A DNA stretch of 64,000 bases, from contig MEQL01000035.1 of assembly GCA_001770205.1 (NCBI GenBank), positions 62,001 to 126,000 on the forward strand. Direction: 5' to 3'. Position numbers and translations under genes: made by a program. Positions 1 to 10,732 of the stretch are shown piece after piece. Origin of the DNA: Bdellovibrionales bacterium RIFOXYD12_FULL_39_22 (GTDB lineage: Bacteria; Bdellovibrionota; Bacteriovoracia; Bacteriovoracales; Bacteriovoracaceae). A model generated the notes under the pieces. The model worked only from the letters and a program-made list of their open reading frames with translations, made no database searches and was not told the DNA's origin. Within the stretch, counting starts at the first letter, position 1, and the number at the start of each line of letters is the position of its first letter.

Positions 1-2
1 AA

Positions 3-896
3 GTCGGAAATATTTTATTGCGCTCGGAGTATTCGCGGCCCATCTTGCACACTATCCCTCTTGATGTTTGTGGCGCCGATTCTCAGGGGGGAATTGGTTA
101 TATGATTGGGCAGATTACCCAAAATGCACTGCGGGCCTTGGGAGTAAATCGTTTAGTGGCCGAAACGCTAAATCAAGTAGTGGTACGGGCGGACGATCCG
201 GCATTTTCGAATCCTACCAAATATATTGGCCCGGCAATGGGCAAGGAGGAGGCAGAAAAACGTGCATACGAAGATGGCTGGAAAGTTAAGATGTATAAAA
301 AAAATGAGGACGGAGTAGAGGTTTATCGACGGGTAGTCCCCTCTCCCAAACCAGTAGATATCGTGGAATTGGATTTAATCGATTCCAATTTAAGAAATGG
401 TATTGTCCCTATTGCGGTAGGCGGAGGAGGCATTCCAGTTAAGGAAGTTCCTGTGGAAAATCGACGTGGTAAAAAAGTCTCGGTGGCCAACTACAATATT
501 GAATATGAAAGCACTTCGGAAAAAAGCTTGCCAGTTTATACTGGAGTTGAAGCGGTGATCGATAAGGATTTGGCCTCAGCACTTTTAGGAATAAAGCTTA
601 AAGCAAAGGCCCAAGCACGAGGTGAAGATATCGATGCAGAATTTACTATTTTTACTGACGTGGACGGCGCAAAATTGGATTATCAAAAACCAACGCAAAA
701 AGATTTGCGTCTTTTAACGGTAGCTCAGGCCGAAGAGTTGCTTCGAAGCGGCGCTTTTCCGGATGGAAGTATGGGGCCTAAAATTGAGGCGGCCATAATG
801 TTCGTGAAAGGTGGTGGCAATAAGGCATACATCACCCGAGTGGATCTTTTTGAACAAACATTAAAACAAAATAGTGGCACGACAATTGTTCCATAA
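3..896 (+). CDS. arcC: Carbamate kinase (5'-truncated by the window edge)
   Basis: Frame is open from nt 3 (VGNILLRSE). Motifs CGADSQGGIGY, DPAFSNPTKYIG, RRVVPSPKP, GGGGIPV, GVEAVIDKD and GSMGPKIEAA are present. Confidence 0.95.
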   Translation, partial: VGNILLRSEYSRPILHTIPLDVCGADSQGGIGYMIGQITQNALRALGVNRLVAETLNQVVVRADDPAFSNPTKYIGPAMGKEEAEKRAYEDGWKVKMYKKNEDGVEVYRRVVPSPKPVDIVELDLIDSNLRNGIVPIAVGGGGIPVKEVPVENRRGKKVSVANYNIEYESTSEKSLPVYTGVEAVIDKDLASALLGIKLKAKAQARGEDIDAEFTIFTDVDGAKLDYQKPTQKDLRLLTVAQAEELLRSGAFPDGSMGPKIEAAIMFVKGGGNKAYITRVDLFEQTLKQNSGTTIVP

Positions 897-913
897 ATTT
901 CAGGAGAAGGAAA

Positions 914-2107
914 ATGAGCGAACTAAATCAGTTGATCGAAAACATTGAATTATTAAAACCATCTAATCTGCACAAGAAAGATTTTTTACTTACGTGGGAG
1001 AAGAGTGTCGATGACCTAAAACAAGTGCTAGCAGTCGCAGATGCTTTGAAATTTTTACATAAGCATAATATCAATACTCGCTGCTTTGAATCCGGACTGG
1101 CCGTATCTCTTTTTCGTGATAACTCTACGCGCACACGTTTCTCTTTTGCATCAGCAGTAAACTTGTTAGGCCTGGAGATGCAAGATTTGGAAGAGGGAAA
1201 ATCTCAAATAGCACACGGAGAGACGGTGCGCGAGACTGCCAATATGATTTCCTTTTTGACAGAGGTTATTGGGATTCGGGATGATATGTTTTTGGGGGCC
1301 GGTAATCGTTATATGAAAGAAGTTGGTGCTGCACTGGATGATGGATTTGCCAATGGGGTTTTAAATCAACGTCCGACGGTGGTAAATCTTCAATGTGATG
1401 TCGATCATCCTACGCAGTCAATGGCCGATCTGTGTTGGCTGCAAGAGCATTTTGGTTCACTAGAAAATTTAAAAGGAAAAAAAGTGGCAATGACCTGGGC
1501 CTACTCACCTAGCTATGGAAAACCGCTTTCTGTTCCGCAAGGAATAATTGGACTTTTAACCCGTTTTGGCATGGATGTAACACTTGCTCATCCCGAAGGA
1601 TATGGACTTATTCCCGAGGTAGTCGATTTGGCCGGAAAAAATGCGCGCGAAGGTGGAGGTAGTTTCCGCGTGGCCAACACGATGGAAGATGCGTTTAAGG
1701 GGGCGGATATTGTTTATCCAAAAAGTTGGGCACCATATGCTGTTATGGGAAGACGCACAGAGCTTTTGTCCAAACAAGATCATAACGGACTTAAGGATTT
1801 AGAGAAAAACTGTCTGGCGCAAAACGCTAATTTTAAAAATTGGGAGTGCAACGAAAAAATGATGAAGCTGACGAAAAATGGAAACGCGCTGTATATGCAC
1901 TGCCTACCAGCGGACATTTCAGGAGTTTCTTGTAAAGAGGGAGAAGTGGCCGCGTCAGTATTTGAAAAATATAGAGTGGCCACTTACAAAGAGGCCGGAT
2001 ACAAGCCCTTTGTAATTGCTTCAATGATTTTAAATAGTAAATTTAAAGATCCGGCCAAATTACTTTCAGAATTTCGATCGCAAAATGTTAATCGGGTTTT
2101 TGCGTAA
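914..2107 (+). CDS. ygeW: Knotted carbamoyltransferase YgeW
   Basis: Motifs FRDNSTRTRFS, NLQCDVDHPTQ, WAYSPSYGKPLSVPQ and YMHCLPAD. RBS GGAG upstream. Lies between arcC and ygeY. Confidence 0.95.
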   Translation: MSELNQLIENIELLKPSNLHKKDFLLTWEKSVDDLKQVLAVADALKFLHKHNINTRCFESGLAVSLFRDNSTRTRFSFASAVNLLGLEMQDLEEGKSQIAHGETVRETANMISFLTEVIGIRDDMFLGAGNRYMKEVGAALDDGFANGVLNQRPTVVNLQCDVDHPTQSMADLCWLQEHFGSLENLKGKKVAMTWAYSPSYGKPLSVPQGIIGLLTRFGMDVTLAHPEGYGLIPEVVDLAGKNAREGGGSFRVANTMEDAFKGADIVYPKSWAPYAVMGRRTELLSKQDHNGLKDLEKNCLAQNANFKNWECNEKMMKLTKNGNALYMHCLPADISGVSCKEGEVAASVFEKYRVATYKEAGYKPFVIASMILNSKFKDPAKLLSEFRSQNVNRVFA

Positions 2108-2124
2108 GCTAAAAGGAGAAGATT

Positions 2125-3327
2125 ATGCTAGATGCTAAAAAAGTTATGAGTCAGGCCTATAAATATGAAGAAGAGATGACACAGTTTTTGCGCGATATGA
2201 TTGCCATTCCATCCGAAAGTTGTCAGGAGAAAGAAGTTATTGAACGGATAAAAAAAGAGATGAAAAAAGTTGGGTTTGATGAAATTAAAATTGATAAGAT
2301 GGGAAATATTTTAGGACGGATTGGTAACGGGCCCAGAGTAATTGCTATGGATGCCCATATTGACACAGTTGGAATTGGTGACCCGAACGCTTGGAAGCAC
2401 GGCCCTTATCAGGGGAAATTGGAAAATGGAATTATCTATGGAAGAGGTGCCTCTGATCAAGAAGGTGGCATGGCCAGCATGGTGTATGCCGGAAAAATTA
2501 TCAAAGATTTAAAATTAGAAGGTGATTATACGTTGTGGGTAGTGGGGTCGGTGCAAGAAGAAGATTGTGATGGACTTTGTTGGCAATATATTTTGAAAGA
2601 GAATGTACTTAATCCTCGGCCAGAAGTGGTGATTATCACCGAGCCAACTAATCTCAATTTATATCGTGGCCATCGTGGGAGAATGGAAATTGGTGTAACC
2701 ACTAACGGAGTTTCTTGTCACGGTTCTGCTCCAGAGAGAGGCAAAAATGCTGTTTATATGATGGCCAAAGTGGTGAACGAAATTGAGAAACTTAACGAGC
2801 GAATCAGAGGCGATGATTTTTTAGGTAAGGGGACAGTCACTGTTTCTTATATAGATTGTAAAACACCTTCGCTTTGTGCGGTTCCTGATCGGGCCTACAT
2901 TCATCTTGATCGGCGCCTTACCAAAGGAGAGACCAAAGAGAGTGCGATTGCCGAAGTGAAGGAGGCCGTTAAGCGTGCGGGTGTTGAGGCCACGGTGGAA
3001 ATTTTAAATTATGAAGTACCCAGTTACACTGGCCTAAAATATCCGACAGAAAAATATTATCCGACCTGGGTATTGGATGAAAATCATAAGTTGGCGACCA
3101 GTTCGGTGGCAACTTATGAAGCAGTTTTTGGCAGTAGGCCTAAGGTGGATAAGTGGACCTTTAGTACTAATGGTATTGCCACCATGGGAATGATGGGGAT
3201 CCCCACTATGGGATTTGGTCCGGGCAATGAAATTTATGCTCATTCCACCAATGATCAAATGCCGGTGGAGCATTTAGTAAAGGCCGCTGCTTTTTATGCG
3301 GCCTTTCCAACCATATATTGCAAATAA
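2125..3327 (+). CDS. ygeY: YgeY-family M20 metallohydrolase
   Basis: Motifs MDAHIDTV, GRGASDQEGG, VQEEDCDGLC, ITEPT, WTFSTNG and YAH. RBS AAGGAG. Confidence 0.93.
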   Translation: MLDAKKVMSQAYKYEEEMTQFLRDMIAIPSESCQEKEVIERIKKEMKKVGFDEIKIDKMGNILGRIGNGPRVIAMDAHIDTVGIGDPNAWKHGPYQGKLENGIIYGRGASDQEGGMASMVYAGKIIKDLKLEGDYTLWVVGSVQEEDCDGLCWQYILKENVLNPRPEVVIITEPTNLNLYRGHRGRMEIGVTTNGVSCHGSAPERGKNAVYMMAKVVNEIEKLNERIRGDDFLGKGTVTVSYIDCKTPSLCAVPDRAYIHLDRRLTKGETKESAIAEVKEAVKRAGVEATVEILNYEVPSYTGLKYPTEKYYPTWVLDENHKLATSSVATYEAVFGSRPKVDKWTFSTNGIATMGMMGIPTMGFGPGNEIYAHSTNDQMPVEHLVKAAAFYAAFPTIYCK

Positions 3328-3344
3328 AGCAGGTGGTATTTAGC

Positions 3345-5927
3345 ATGGAATTTTTTTTAAACGGAGAATTTAGGAAGTACAGCGGTGATGTGAATTTGAA
3401 CTTATTAAAATATCTTCGAGAAATCGAAGGTATTACCACTGCTAAAGATGGTTGTTCGTGTCAGGGGGCTTGTGGGGCCTGCACGGTGGAAATTGACGGG
3501 AAGGCCACTCTCGCTTGTGCGACTAAAATGAAGACGCTTGCAGGCAAGCATATTTTAACTACCGAGGGTTTGGAGCTTAAAATTCAAGAATATTTTGCTC
3601 GCGCATTTATGGAAAAGGGCGGAGTTCAATGTGGATTTTGTATCCCAGGGATTGTAATGGCCGCCAAAACTTTGTTGGCAAAAAATCTTAATCCGACACG
3701 TCAAGAAGTTAAAAAGGCCATAGCGCGAAATCTTTGTCGTTGTACTGGCTATAAAAAAATCGTTGATTCCATCTTATACGCCGCCAAGTTAATGAGAGGA
3801 GAAGAAGCTCTGTCGGTGATTAATTATTCTGGGAAGGTCGGAACTTTTCTTCCCAAATATGATGCCTATGATACGGTGTTGGGTAAGCGTGAATTTGTCT
3901 GCGATATCAAATTTCCTAATATGTTGCATGGTGCACTAAAATATTCAGATCATCCTCGTGCCAAAATTATCAAAATTGATTTGGCCTCTGCGCGGGCCAT
4001 CAAAGGCGTGCGGGCCATTTACACCGCAGAAGATATTCCGGGCGATCGGGTGGTTGGAATTGTTTATCGTGATTGGCCTATGATGATAAAAGCGGGGGAG
4101 ATCACCCACTATATTGGAGATGTATTGGCCGGAGTAGTTGCTGATTCGGAAGCGATTGCTCGTGAAGCAGTGGCATTGATTAAGGTTGAATATGAAGTTT
4201 TAAAACCTCTTTGTACGGTAGATGCTGCTAAGAAAAAAAATGCACCTAAACTTCATGAGAAAGGTAATATTTTATCGGCCTCAAAAATCAAAAGAGGTAA
4301 TCCTAACCAAGCATTAAAGGATGCGGCCTTTGTAACTCGCGGCACCTATTACACTCAGCGGATTGAGCATGCTTTTATTGAAACTGAGTGTTGCGTTGCT
4401 ACTCCCTGGAAAAATAGCGGGAAGCGAGGAGTAAAAGTTTTTTCTCAAGGACAAGGTGCCTATGAAGATCGCAAACAGATTGGCCAACTTTTAAAATTAC
4501 CACTGGATTTGGTTAACGTTATTCAAGTGCAAAATGGAGGAGGCTTTGGAGGAAAAGAAGACCTAAGTGTACAAGGACATGCTTCTTTGTTTGCCTATTT
4601 GCAAGATATGCCCGTTAGAGTTTTTTTAACACGAGAAGAATCATTGCGCATGCACCCCAAACGTCATCCGATGCGTATGAAGTATGAAGTTGGTTGTGAT
4701 AAAGATGGAATGTTGACGGTGGTGCGTGCCTATATTGATGGTGATAGTGGCGCCTATGCCTCTGTAGGAATGAAAGTACTAGAGCGAGCAGCAGGGCATG
4801 CCACCAGCGCCTATGCTGTTCCTAATGTCGATATTGAGGCCTATGCTGTTTATACTAACAATATCCCGTGTGGGGCCATGCGAGGATTTGGGGTAAATCA
4901 AACAGCGTTTGCTATGGACAGTTGTATTGATGATCTTTGCCGACAAGGAGGATTTGATCGTTGGCAATTTCGTTACAATAACTGTCTCAAAGAAGGATCC
5001 ATGACGGCCACTGGCCAAGTGTTAAAAGGTGGTGTGGGAGTGGCGCGAGCATTAGAAGCATTAAAAGATAAATTTTATGCTGCTAAATTTGCTGGCCTGG
5101 CCTGTGGGATAAAAAACACCGGTATCGGAAATGGAATGGCCGATAAGGCCGAGGCCAAGATTGTGATTGCGGATGTTGACCATGTTATCATTTATCATGG
5201 TTGGACGGAGATGGGGCAAGGTGTGCATACCATGGCCATGCAAACAGTGGCCCAAGAGACAGGAATTAATCCTGATATTATGGAAGTGCGAGTCGATACT
5301 ACTTCGGAAACAGTGTGTGGAATGACAACAGCTTCACGTGGGACCTCTTTAGTTGGGAACTCTCTGCTCAATGCCTGCATAAAACTTAAGGCCGATTTAA
5401 AACACAAAAAAATCTCAGAGTTAGTAGGACAGGAGTATCGAGGAAGTTGGTCCTGTGATTGGACCACGGATTTAAATGATGTCACGATCAAGGAACAGGT
5501 AACTCATTACTCCTATAGTTTTGCTGCGCAACTAGTTACATTAAATCAATATGGAAAAATTGATAAAGTTTATGCTGCTCATGATGCGGGAAAAATAATG
5601 AATCCCATATTGTTTGAAGGGCAAATTCAAGGTTCCGTTCATATGGGATTAGGATACGCACTTTCAGAAAAGTTTCCGATGAAAGATGGATGGCCAACCT
5701 CTTTTAAATTGGCCCGTTGTGGAGTATTGCGTTCTACTGAAACTCCGGATGTTGAAGTGATAGGTATTGAGAGTGGCGATTTGCATGGGCCGTATGGGGC
5801 CAAAGGAGTAGGAGAAATTGGACTAGTTCCCACCGCGGCGGCCGTGGCCAATGCGTTATTTCAGTTTGATGGTGTGCGCAGAACATCACTGCCTTTCGGC
5901 TTAAGTAAAAATCAAAAGGAAAAATAA
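3345..5927 (+). CDS. xdh: Xanthine dehydrogenase-type molybdenum hydroxylase (fused 2x[2Fe-2S] and Mo-binding domains; selenium-dependent Xdh-like)
   Basis: Fe-S motifs GCSCQGACGAC, QCGFCIPG and NLCRCTGY. Moco motifs GGGFGGK, AMRGFG and AKGVGE. Start moved to the ATG at 3345 (RBS AGGTGG). Confidence 0.9.
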   Translation: MEFFLNGEFRKYSGDVNLNLLKYLREIEGITTAKDGCSCQGACGACTVEIDGKATLACATKMKTLAGKHILTTEGLELKIQEYFARAFMEKGGVQCGFCIPGIVMAAKTLLAKNLNPTRQEVKKAIARNLCRCTGYKKIVDSILYAAKLMRGEEALSVINYSGKVGTFLPKYDAYDTVLGKREFVCDIKFPNMLHGALKYSDHPRAKIIKIDLASARAIKGVRAIYTAEDIPGDRVVGIVYRDWPMMIKAGEITHYIGDVLAGVVADSEAIAREAVALIKVEYEVLKPLCTVDAAKKKNAPKLHEKGNILSASKIKRGNPNQALKDAAFVTRGTYYTQRIEHAFIETECCVATPWKNSGKRGVKVFSQGQGAYEDRKQIGQLLKLPLDLVNVIQVQNGGGFGGKEDLSVQGHASLFAYLQDMPVRVFLTREESLRMHPKRHPMRMKYEVGCDKDGMLTVVRAYIDGDSGAYASVGMKVLERAAGHATSAYAVPNVDIEAYAVYTNNIPCGAMRGFGVNQTAFAMDSCIDDLCRQGGFDRWQFRYNNCLKEGSMTATGQVLKGGVGVARALEALKDKFYAAKFAGLACGIKNTGIGNGMADKAEAKIVIADVDHVIIYHGWTEMGQGVHTMAMQTVAQETGINPDIMEVRVDTTSETVCGMTTASRGTSLVGNSLLNACIKLKADLKHKKISELVGQEYRGSWSCDWTTDLNDVTIKEQVTHYSYSFAAQLVTLNQYGKIDKVYAAHDAGKIMNPILFEGQIQGSVHMGLGYALSEKFPMKDGWPTSFKLARCGVLRSTETPDVEVIGIESGDLHGPYGAKGVGEIGLVPTAAAVANALFQFDGVRRTSLPFGLSKNQKEK

Positions 5928-7276
5928 TGAAAGGCTCAAACAGTATTTTGATTAAAAATGGAACTGTGGCAACCTTAGGAGAGAAAAATCAAATCTTAGA
6001 AGATTTTGATTTATTAATTGAAAATGGCGAAATTAAAAAAATTGCTAAAAAAATTTCGGTGGGAGAACCTGGTTGTGGTGTTAAAGTTATTTCGGCCAGA
6101 AATAAGTTAGTTCTTCCGGGATTTATCAATGCACATACCCACTATTATAGCTCTTTTGCTTGTGGATTTAATAAAGCAGCTTCTTCTGCCAACTTCCTCG
6201 AAGTTTTAGAAAATCTCTGGTGGCGTTTGGATAAAGAGTTATTGCTAGAGGATTGTTATTATAGTGCGCTGGTGGCCAACATTGATGCTATCAAAAAAGG
6301 AACCACGACACTTATTGATCATCATGCTTCCCCCAATGCTATAACTGGATCTTTAAAGAAAATTTCAGAAGCAGTACTTTTTGCTGGTGTGCGCGCTTCT
6401 TTGTGTTACGAGGTATCTGATCGTGACGGTAAAAAAATTAAAGATACAGGGATAGAGGAAAATTTAAATTTTATTAAGGCCTTGCAGGCCAGACCAAATC
6501 CCATGTTGTCAGCAATTTTTGGCCTACATGCCTCTTTTACTTTGAGTGATGAGACACTTTCGATGGTGGCCAAAAAAAATGAGGCAGACAAAGTTGGTTT
6601 TCATATTCACTGTGCAGAGGATATGGCCGATCAGAAAAATTGTGTGGATAAGCATAAAAAACGAGTAGTAGAGCGTTTGGCCTCCCACGGAATTTTAGGA
6701 AGCAAAACAATTTTAGCGCACGGAGTTTTTTTAGAAGAGGAAGAATTGGATTTGATTGCCAAATCCCAATCAGCAGTGGTGCATAATCCTCAGTCCAATA
6801 TGAATAATGCGGTTGGGGTTGCTAATATTTTAAAGATGCGAGAACGAGGGATTTTAGTTGGGTTGGGAACAGATGCGATGACAACTAATATGTTAGAAGA
6901 ACTCCGTAGCGCTATTTGGGTGCAAAGGTTACAGCAAAAAAATCCCTCCTCCGCATTTTCAGAGTGTTGTGACCTGCTCGTGAAAAATAATCGCAAGATT
7001 GCCCAACGTTATTGGCCGGCCTTGTCGTCAAATTCTTTCGAATTAAAGAAAGGGGCCCCCGCCGATGTCATAATTGTTGATTATAATCCGGCCACCTTAT
7101 TAAATGCAGATAACTTCTATGGACATTTAGTTTTTGGTGCTGCCCAGGCGACGGTAGATACTACGATCGTTAGCGGTAAGATTTTAATGCAAGATAAAAA
7201 ATTATCAGGCCTAGATGAGGAGCAGATCAAAGAAGAGGCGCGAAGAGTTTCTTCTTTGTTGTGGGAGCGAGTATAA
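5927..7276 (+). CDS. ssnA: SsnA-family amidohydrolase
   Basis: Motifs PGFINAHTH, LENLWWRLD, TTLIDHHAS, GLHASFT, HIHCAE, HNPQSNMNNAVG and GLGTD. TAATG stop/start overlap with xdh. Confidence 0.92.
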   Translation: MKGSNSILIKNGTVATLGEKNQILEDFDLLIENGEIKKIAKKISVGEPGCGVKVISARNKLVLPGFINAHTHYYSSFACGFNKAASSANFLEVLENLWWRLDKELLLEDCYYSALVANIDAIKKGTTTLIDHHASPNAITGSLKKISEAVLFAGVRASLCYEVSDRDGKKIKDTGIEENLNFIKALQARPNPMLSAIFGLHASFTLSDETLSMVAKKNEADKVGFHIHCAEDMADQKNCVDKHKKRVVERLASHGILGSKTILAHGVFLEEEELDLIAKSQSAVVHNPQSNMNNAVGVANILKMRERGILVGLGTDAMTTNMLEELRSAIWVQRLQQKNPSSAFSECCDLLVKNNRKIAQRYWPALSSNSFELKKGAPADVIIVDYNPATLLNADNFYGHLVFGAAQATVDTTIVSGKILMQDKKLSGLDEEQIKEEARRVSSLLWERV

Positions 7277-7289
7277 TTTTAGTATTATT

Positions 7290-7318
7290 TTGCGATTTTA
7301 TTGGAGATATCGTTTAAT
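7290..7318 (+). promoter_or_regulatory. Putative sigma70 promoter for the hdr-flx operon
   Basis: TTGCGA-N17-TTTAAT in the ssnA-hdrC intergenic region. Confidence 0.45.
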
Positions 7319-7392
7319 TGGCAGTATCATCCCCCTGATTCACAGAGAAAATGAAGGAATCCTCGTCTTGACTTATTTAAGGAATTATTCTT

Positions 7393-7908
7393 ATGAGCAA
7401 GTGCATGGAGTCGGAGTGTAATAGTTACGTCGTTAAATGCTACCAGTGTGGAAAGTGTAGTGCTGGTTGCCAGATAAGTCCTTTCATGGATTATCTTCCT
7501 CATCAAGTAGTAAGATTTGTACAATTAGGCGACATTTACGTAGACAAGATACTTCAAAGCAAAAGCATTTGGTATTGTGCTGGTTGTCAGACTTGTTTTT
7601 CAAGATGTCCTCAGCAAGTTAATCTTCCTCATTTGATGGATCTTCTCTGTGAACGATCGAGTAAGTTAAAAAAAATTCATCCAGAAGCAAGAAAAATTTT
7701 AGCATTTCATAAATCTTTTTTAAATGGCGTTAATCGTTTTGGCCGCTCTTTTGAGCTGGGTTTGGTTGGTGAATTCAAATTGCGAACGTTTAATCTTTTT
7801 CAAGATTTATTACTTGCTCCGGCCATGATTTTTAAAGGGAAAATTTGTTTTTTGCCGGCCAAGATAAAAAATCTTGCGTTGGTCAAGGTGCTGTTTAAGA
7901 AAAGTTGA
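7393..7908 (+). CDS. hdrC: Heterodisulfide reductase subunit C
   Basis: Two [4Fe-4S] motifs, CYQCGKCSAGC and CAGCQTCFSRCP. Directly precedes hdrB. Confidence 0.9.
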   Translation: MSKCMESECNSYVVKCYQCGKCSAGCQISPFMDYLPHQVVRFVQLGDIYVDKILQSKSIWYCAGCQTCFSRCPQQVNLPHLMDLLCERSSKLKKIHPEARKILAFHKSFLNGVNRFGRSFELGLVGEFKLRTFNLFQDLLLAPAMIFKGKICFLPAKIKNLALVKVLFKKS

Positions 7909-7916
7909 GGTGTCAA

Positions 7917-8750
7917 ATGGTAGTTAAAGATAAAAAGGCCTTGGCATATTTTCCTGGATGTTCGCTTCATTCCACGGCCAATGATTTTTCTAAATCGATT
8001 AAACTTTTAATGGAGATACTTGAGATTGAGTTAAAAGAGATAGAAGATTGGTGCTGTTGTGGTGCCAGTAGTGCTCATCGTATTAATCAGCATCTCGCAA
8101 ATGGCCTGGTAAAGCTTAATATTGATCAATGTAAAAAGATGGGACTTGATACTATTTTTGCTCCATGTGCGGCCTGCTTCAATCGCTTTAAAGTAGTAGT
8201 TTCTGAACTAGGTGATACGACTAAAATAGTAAGTCTTCCCGATTTAATCAGTAAGCACCTAGAAGAGATAAAAATAAAACAAAAGTTAAAGTTAAATATG
8301 AAAATTGCTTGTTATTATGGTTGTCTTTTAAACAAACCGCATTCCATTTTCAAACAAGACTGTGAAAATCCTATGACTATGGAGCAATCGTTGACTGAAT
8401 TGGGAATGGAATCAATTGAGTGGCCGTTTAAAACTGAATGTTGTGGAGCAAGTTTTTCATTATCAAATCCAGAAGTAGTTTATCAATTAACGGGAGAGAT
8501 CCTGAGAAAGGCGCAACAGCGTGGAGCAGAAATAATTGTAACTTCGTGTCCACTTTGTCATGTGAATTTGGATATGCGGCAAAAAGAGATTATCAAAAGG
8601 AATAACGATATTACGGAAATTCCAGTACTGTACTTGTCAGAACTTATCGCTATATGTGTTGGCATCCCAATAGATAAATTGAAAATAGATGCTCACTTTA
8701 TTCAAGTGTCAAAAACATTTGAGGAGAAATTTACGGTATGTCACGGATAG
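7917..8750 (+). CDS. hdrB: Heterodisulfide reductase subunit B
   Basis: Two CCG domains (YFPGC...CCGA...PCAACF and YYGC...CCGA...SCPLCH). ATG at 7917 follows GAGGTG. Confidence 0.92.
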   Translation: MVVKDKKALAYFPGCSLHSTANDFSKSIKLLMEILEIELKEIEDWCCCGASSAHRINQHLANGLVKLNIDQCKKMGLDTIFAPCAACFNRFKVVVSELGDTTKIVSLPDLISKHLEEIKIKQKLKLNMKIACYYGCLLNKPHSIFKQDCENPMTMEQSLTELGMESIEWPFKTECCGASFSLSNPEVVYQLTGEILRKAQQRGAEIIVTSCPLCHVNLDMRQKEIIKRNNDITEIPVLYLSELIAICVGIPIDKLKIDAHFIQVSKTFEEKFTVCHG

Positions 8751-10732
8751 GTGTATTTGTTTGTCATTGTGGAGAAAATATTGGAAGAACTGTTGATTGT
8801 GGCAAGGTGGCACTTGAAAGTGGAAAGCTTCAAAATGTAGCGATTTCTATCGATTATAAATATATGTGTTCTAGTCCTGGCCAAGAATTGATAAAAAATT
8901 CTATTAGAGAACATGGATTAGACGGAGTGGTGGTGGCGGCGTGTTCTCCTCGTATGCATGAAAAAACTTTTAGGGGAGCTTGTGCGCAGGCCGCATTAAA
9001 CCCATATCTCTGTGAAATGGCCAATATCCGAGAACACTGTTCGTGGGTGCATGACGATAAAGAGGCCGCAACTGCCAAAGCAATGGATATTGTTCGTTCG
9101 CTTGTAGCAAAGACTGTGCGCAACGAAAAATTATTTCCTATAAAAATTCCAGTAACGAAACGTGCGTTAGTGATAGGCGGTGGAGTTGGTGGAATTCAAA
9201 CTGCGCTGGATATCGCCAATTCTGGCCATGAAGTTATTTTAATTGATAAAAGTCCAAGCATTGGTGGACGGATGGCCGCACTTTCTGAAACCTTTCCAAC
9301 ACTCGATTGTTCTCAGTGTATTCTCACTCCCAAAATGGTTGATGTTGCGCAACATTCAAAAATTAAACTTGTCACTTACGCGGAACTTGAGAGTGTTGAA
9401 GGATTTGTGGGAAATTTTAAAGTTAAGATTCGTCAAAAGGCACGCTATGTTGATCCAATAAAATGCACGGGCTGTGGCCTATGTTCCCAGAAGTGTCCCG
9501 TGAAAAATATTGCGTCTGAATTTGATGAAGGATTAGGAATGAGGCGCGCAATATATACGCCATTTCCACAAGCAATTCCGAATCGTCCAGTGATTGATAA
9601 AAATAATTGTACAAAATTAAAAACTGGAAAATGTGGAGTATGTCAAAAAATTTGTCAAGTTGGGGCGATTAATTATGAAGATAAAGACCAGATTGTTGAA
9701 TATGAAGTCGGTGCTATCGTTGTTGCGACAGGACTTCGTGCTTTAGAAACACGAGAGATCTATCCGGAATATGGCCAGGGCCGTCATAAAGACATTATAA
9801 CGGCAATGCAATTTGAGAGACTGGCCTCTGCTTCGGGGCCGACATTGGGGGTAATTAAGCGCCCAAGTGATGGTAAGGTTCCGGAAAAAATTGTTTTTAT
9901 TCAATGTGCGGGATCTCGTGATTCAAACGCCGGTTATCCTTATTGTTCGAAAATTTGCTGCATGTATACGGCAAAGCATGCCATGTTATATAAACATAAA
10001 GTTCATGATGGGAAGGCATTTGTTTTTTATATGGATATTCGGGCCTGTGGAAAAAATTATGAGGAATTTGTTCGTAGAGGAATTGAGGAAGATGAAACAT
10101 CTTATTTGAGAGGACGTGTTGCCAAAATCTATGAAGAAAATGGCCAGTTAGTAGTTAACGGTATTGATACATTAAGCGGAGAAAAGATGTCTATTAAGGC
10201 CGATATGGTTGTGTTGGCAACAGCAATGAGTGCTCAATTGGAGAGTGTGCATTTGGCCCAACTTTTAGGAATTAGCTATGATCAAAATAATTTCTACTCC
10301 GAACTTCATCCCAAGCTTAATCCAGTTGATACCGCGACGGCGGGAATTTTTTTGGCCGGATCGTGCGCTGGCCCACGAGATATCCCAGACACGGTTGCCT
10401 CTGCAGGAGCAGTAGCAGCAAAGGTTGGTGGCCTCTTTTCTAAGGAACTTTTAGAGAGAGAGCCGATAGTTGCTTGTACAAAATCGTTTTCTAACATGAA
10501 TACATGCAGCGGTTGCTTTAGTTGTTTACAGGCCTGTCCGTATGGAGCTATTGAACAAGAAATAATTGTAGATAAAAAACAACAACAAAAAAAAATGGTT
10601 GCAAAGGTAAATCAGGGCCTTTGTCAAGGATGTGGAAGTTGTGTCTCAATTTGTAGGGCCGGCTGCTTAGATCTAAAAGGTTTTTCTGATGAACAGATGT
10701 ACGAAAGTATTATTGGCATGGGAGGGAGCTGA
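8738..10732 (+). CDS. hdrA: Heterodisulfide reductase subunit A (FAD, Fe-S)
   Basis: Motifs RIGVFVCHCG, ACSPRMHE, ANIREHCSWVH, GGGVGG, FPTLDCSQC, QCAGSRD and CSKICC, plus a C-terminal ferredoxin domain. Confidence 0.96.
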   Translation: MSRIGVFVCHCGENIGRTVDCGKVALESGKLQNVAISIDYKYMCSSPGQELIKNSIREHGLDGVVVAACSPRMHEKTFRGACAQAALNPYLCEMANIREHCSWVHDDKEAATAKAMDIVRSLVAKTVRNEKLFPIKIPVTKRALVIGGGVGGIQTALDIANSGHEVILIDKSPSIGGRMAALSETFPTLDCSQCILTPKMVDVAQHSKIKLVTYAELESVEGFVGNFKVKIRQKARYVDPIKCTGCGLCSQKCPVKNIASEFDEGLGMRRAIYTPFPQAIPNRPVIDKNNCTKLKTGKCGVCQKICQVGAINYEDKDQIVEYEVGAIVVATGLRALETREIYPEYGQGRHKDIITAMQFERLASASGPTLGVIKRPSDGKVPEKIVFIQCAGSRDSNAGYPYCSKICCMYTAKHAMLYKHKVHDGKAFVFYMDIRACGKNYEEFVRRGIEEDETSYLRGRVAKIYEENGQLVVNGIDTLSGEKMSIKADMVVLATAMSAQLESVHLAQLLGISYDQNNFYSELHPKLNPVDTATAGIFLAGSCAGPRDIPDTVASAGAVAAKVGGLFSKELLEREPIVACTKSFSNMNTCSGCFSCLQACPYGAIEQEIIVDKKQQQKKMVAKVNQGLCQGCGSCVSICRAGCLDLKGFSDEQMYESIIGMGGS

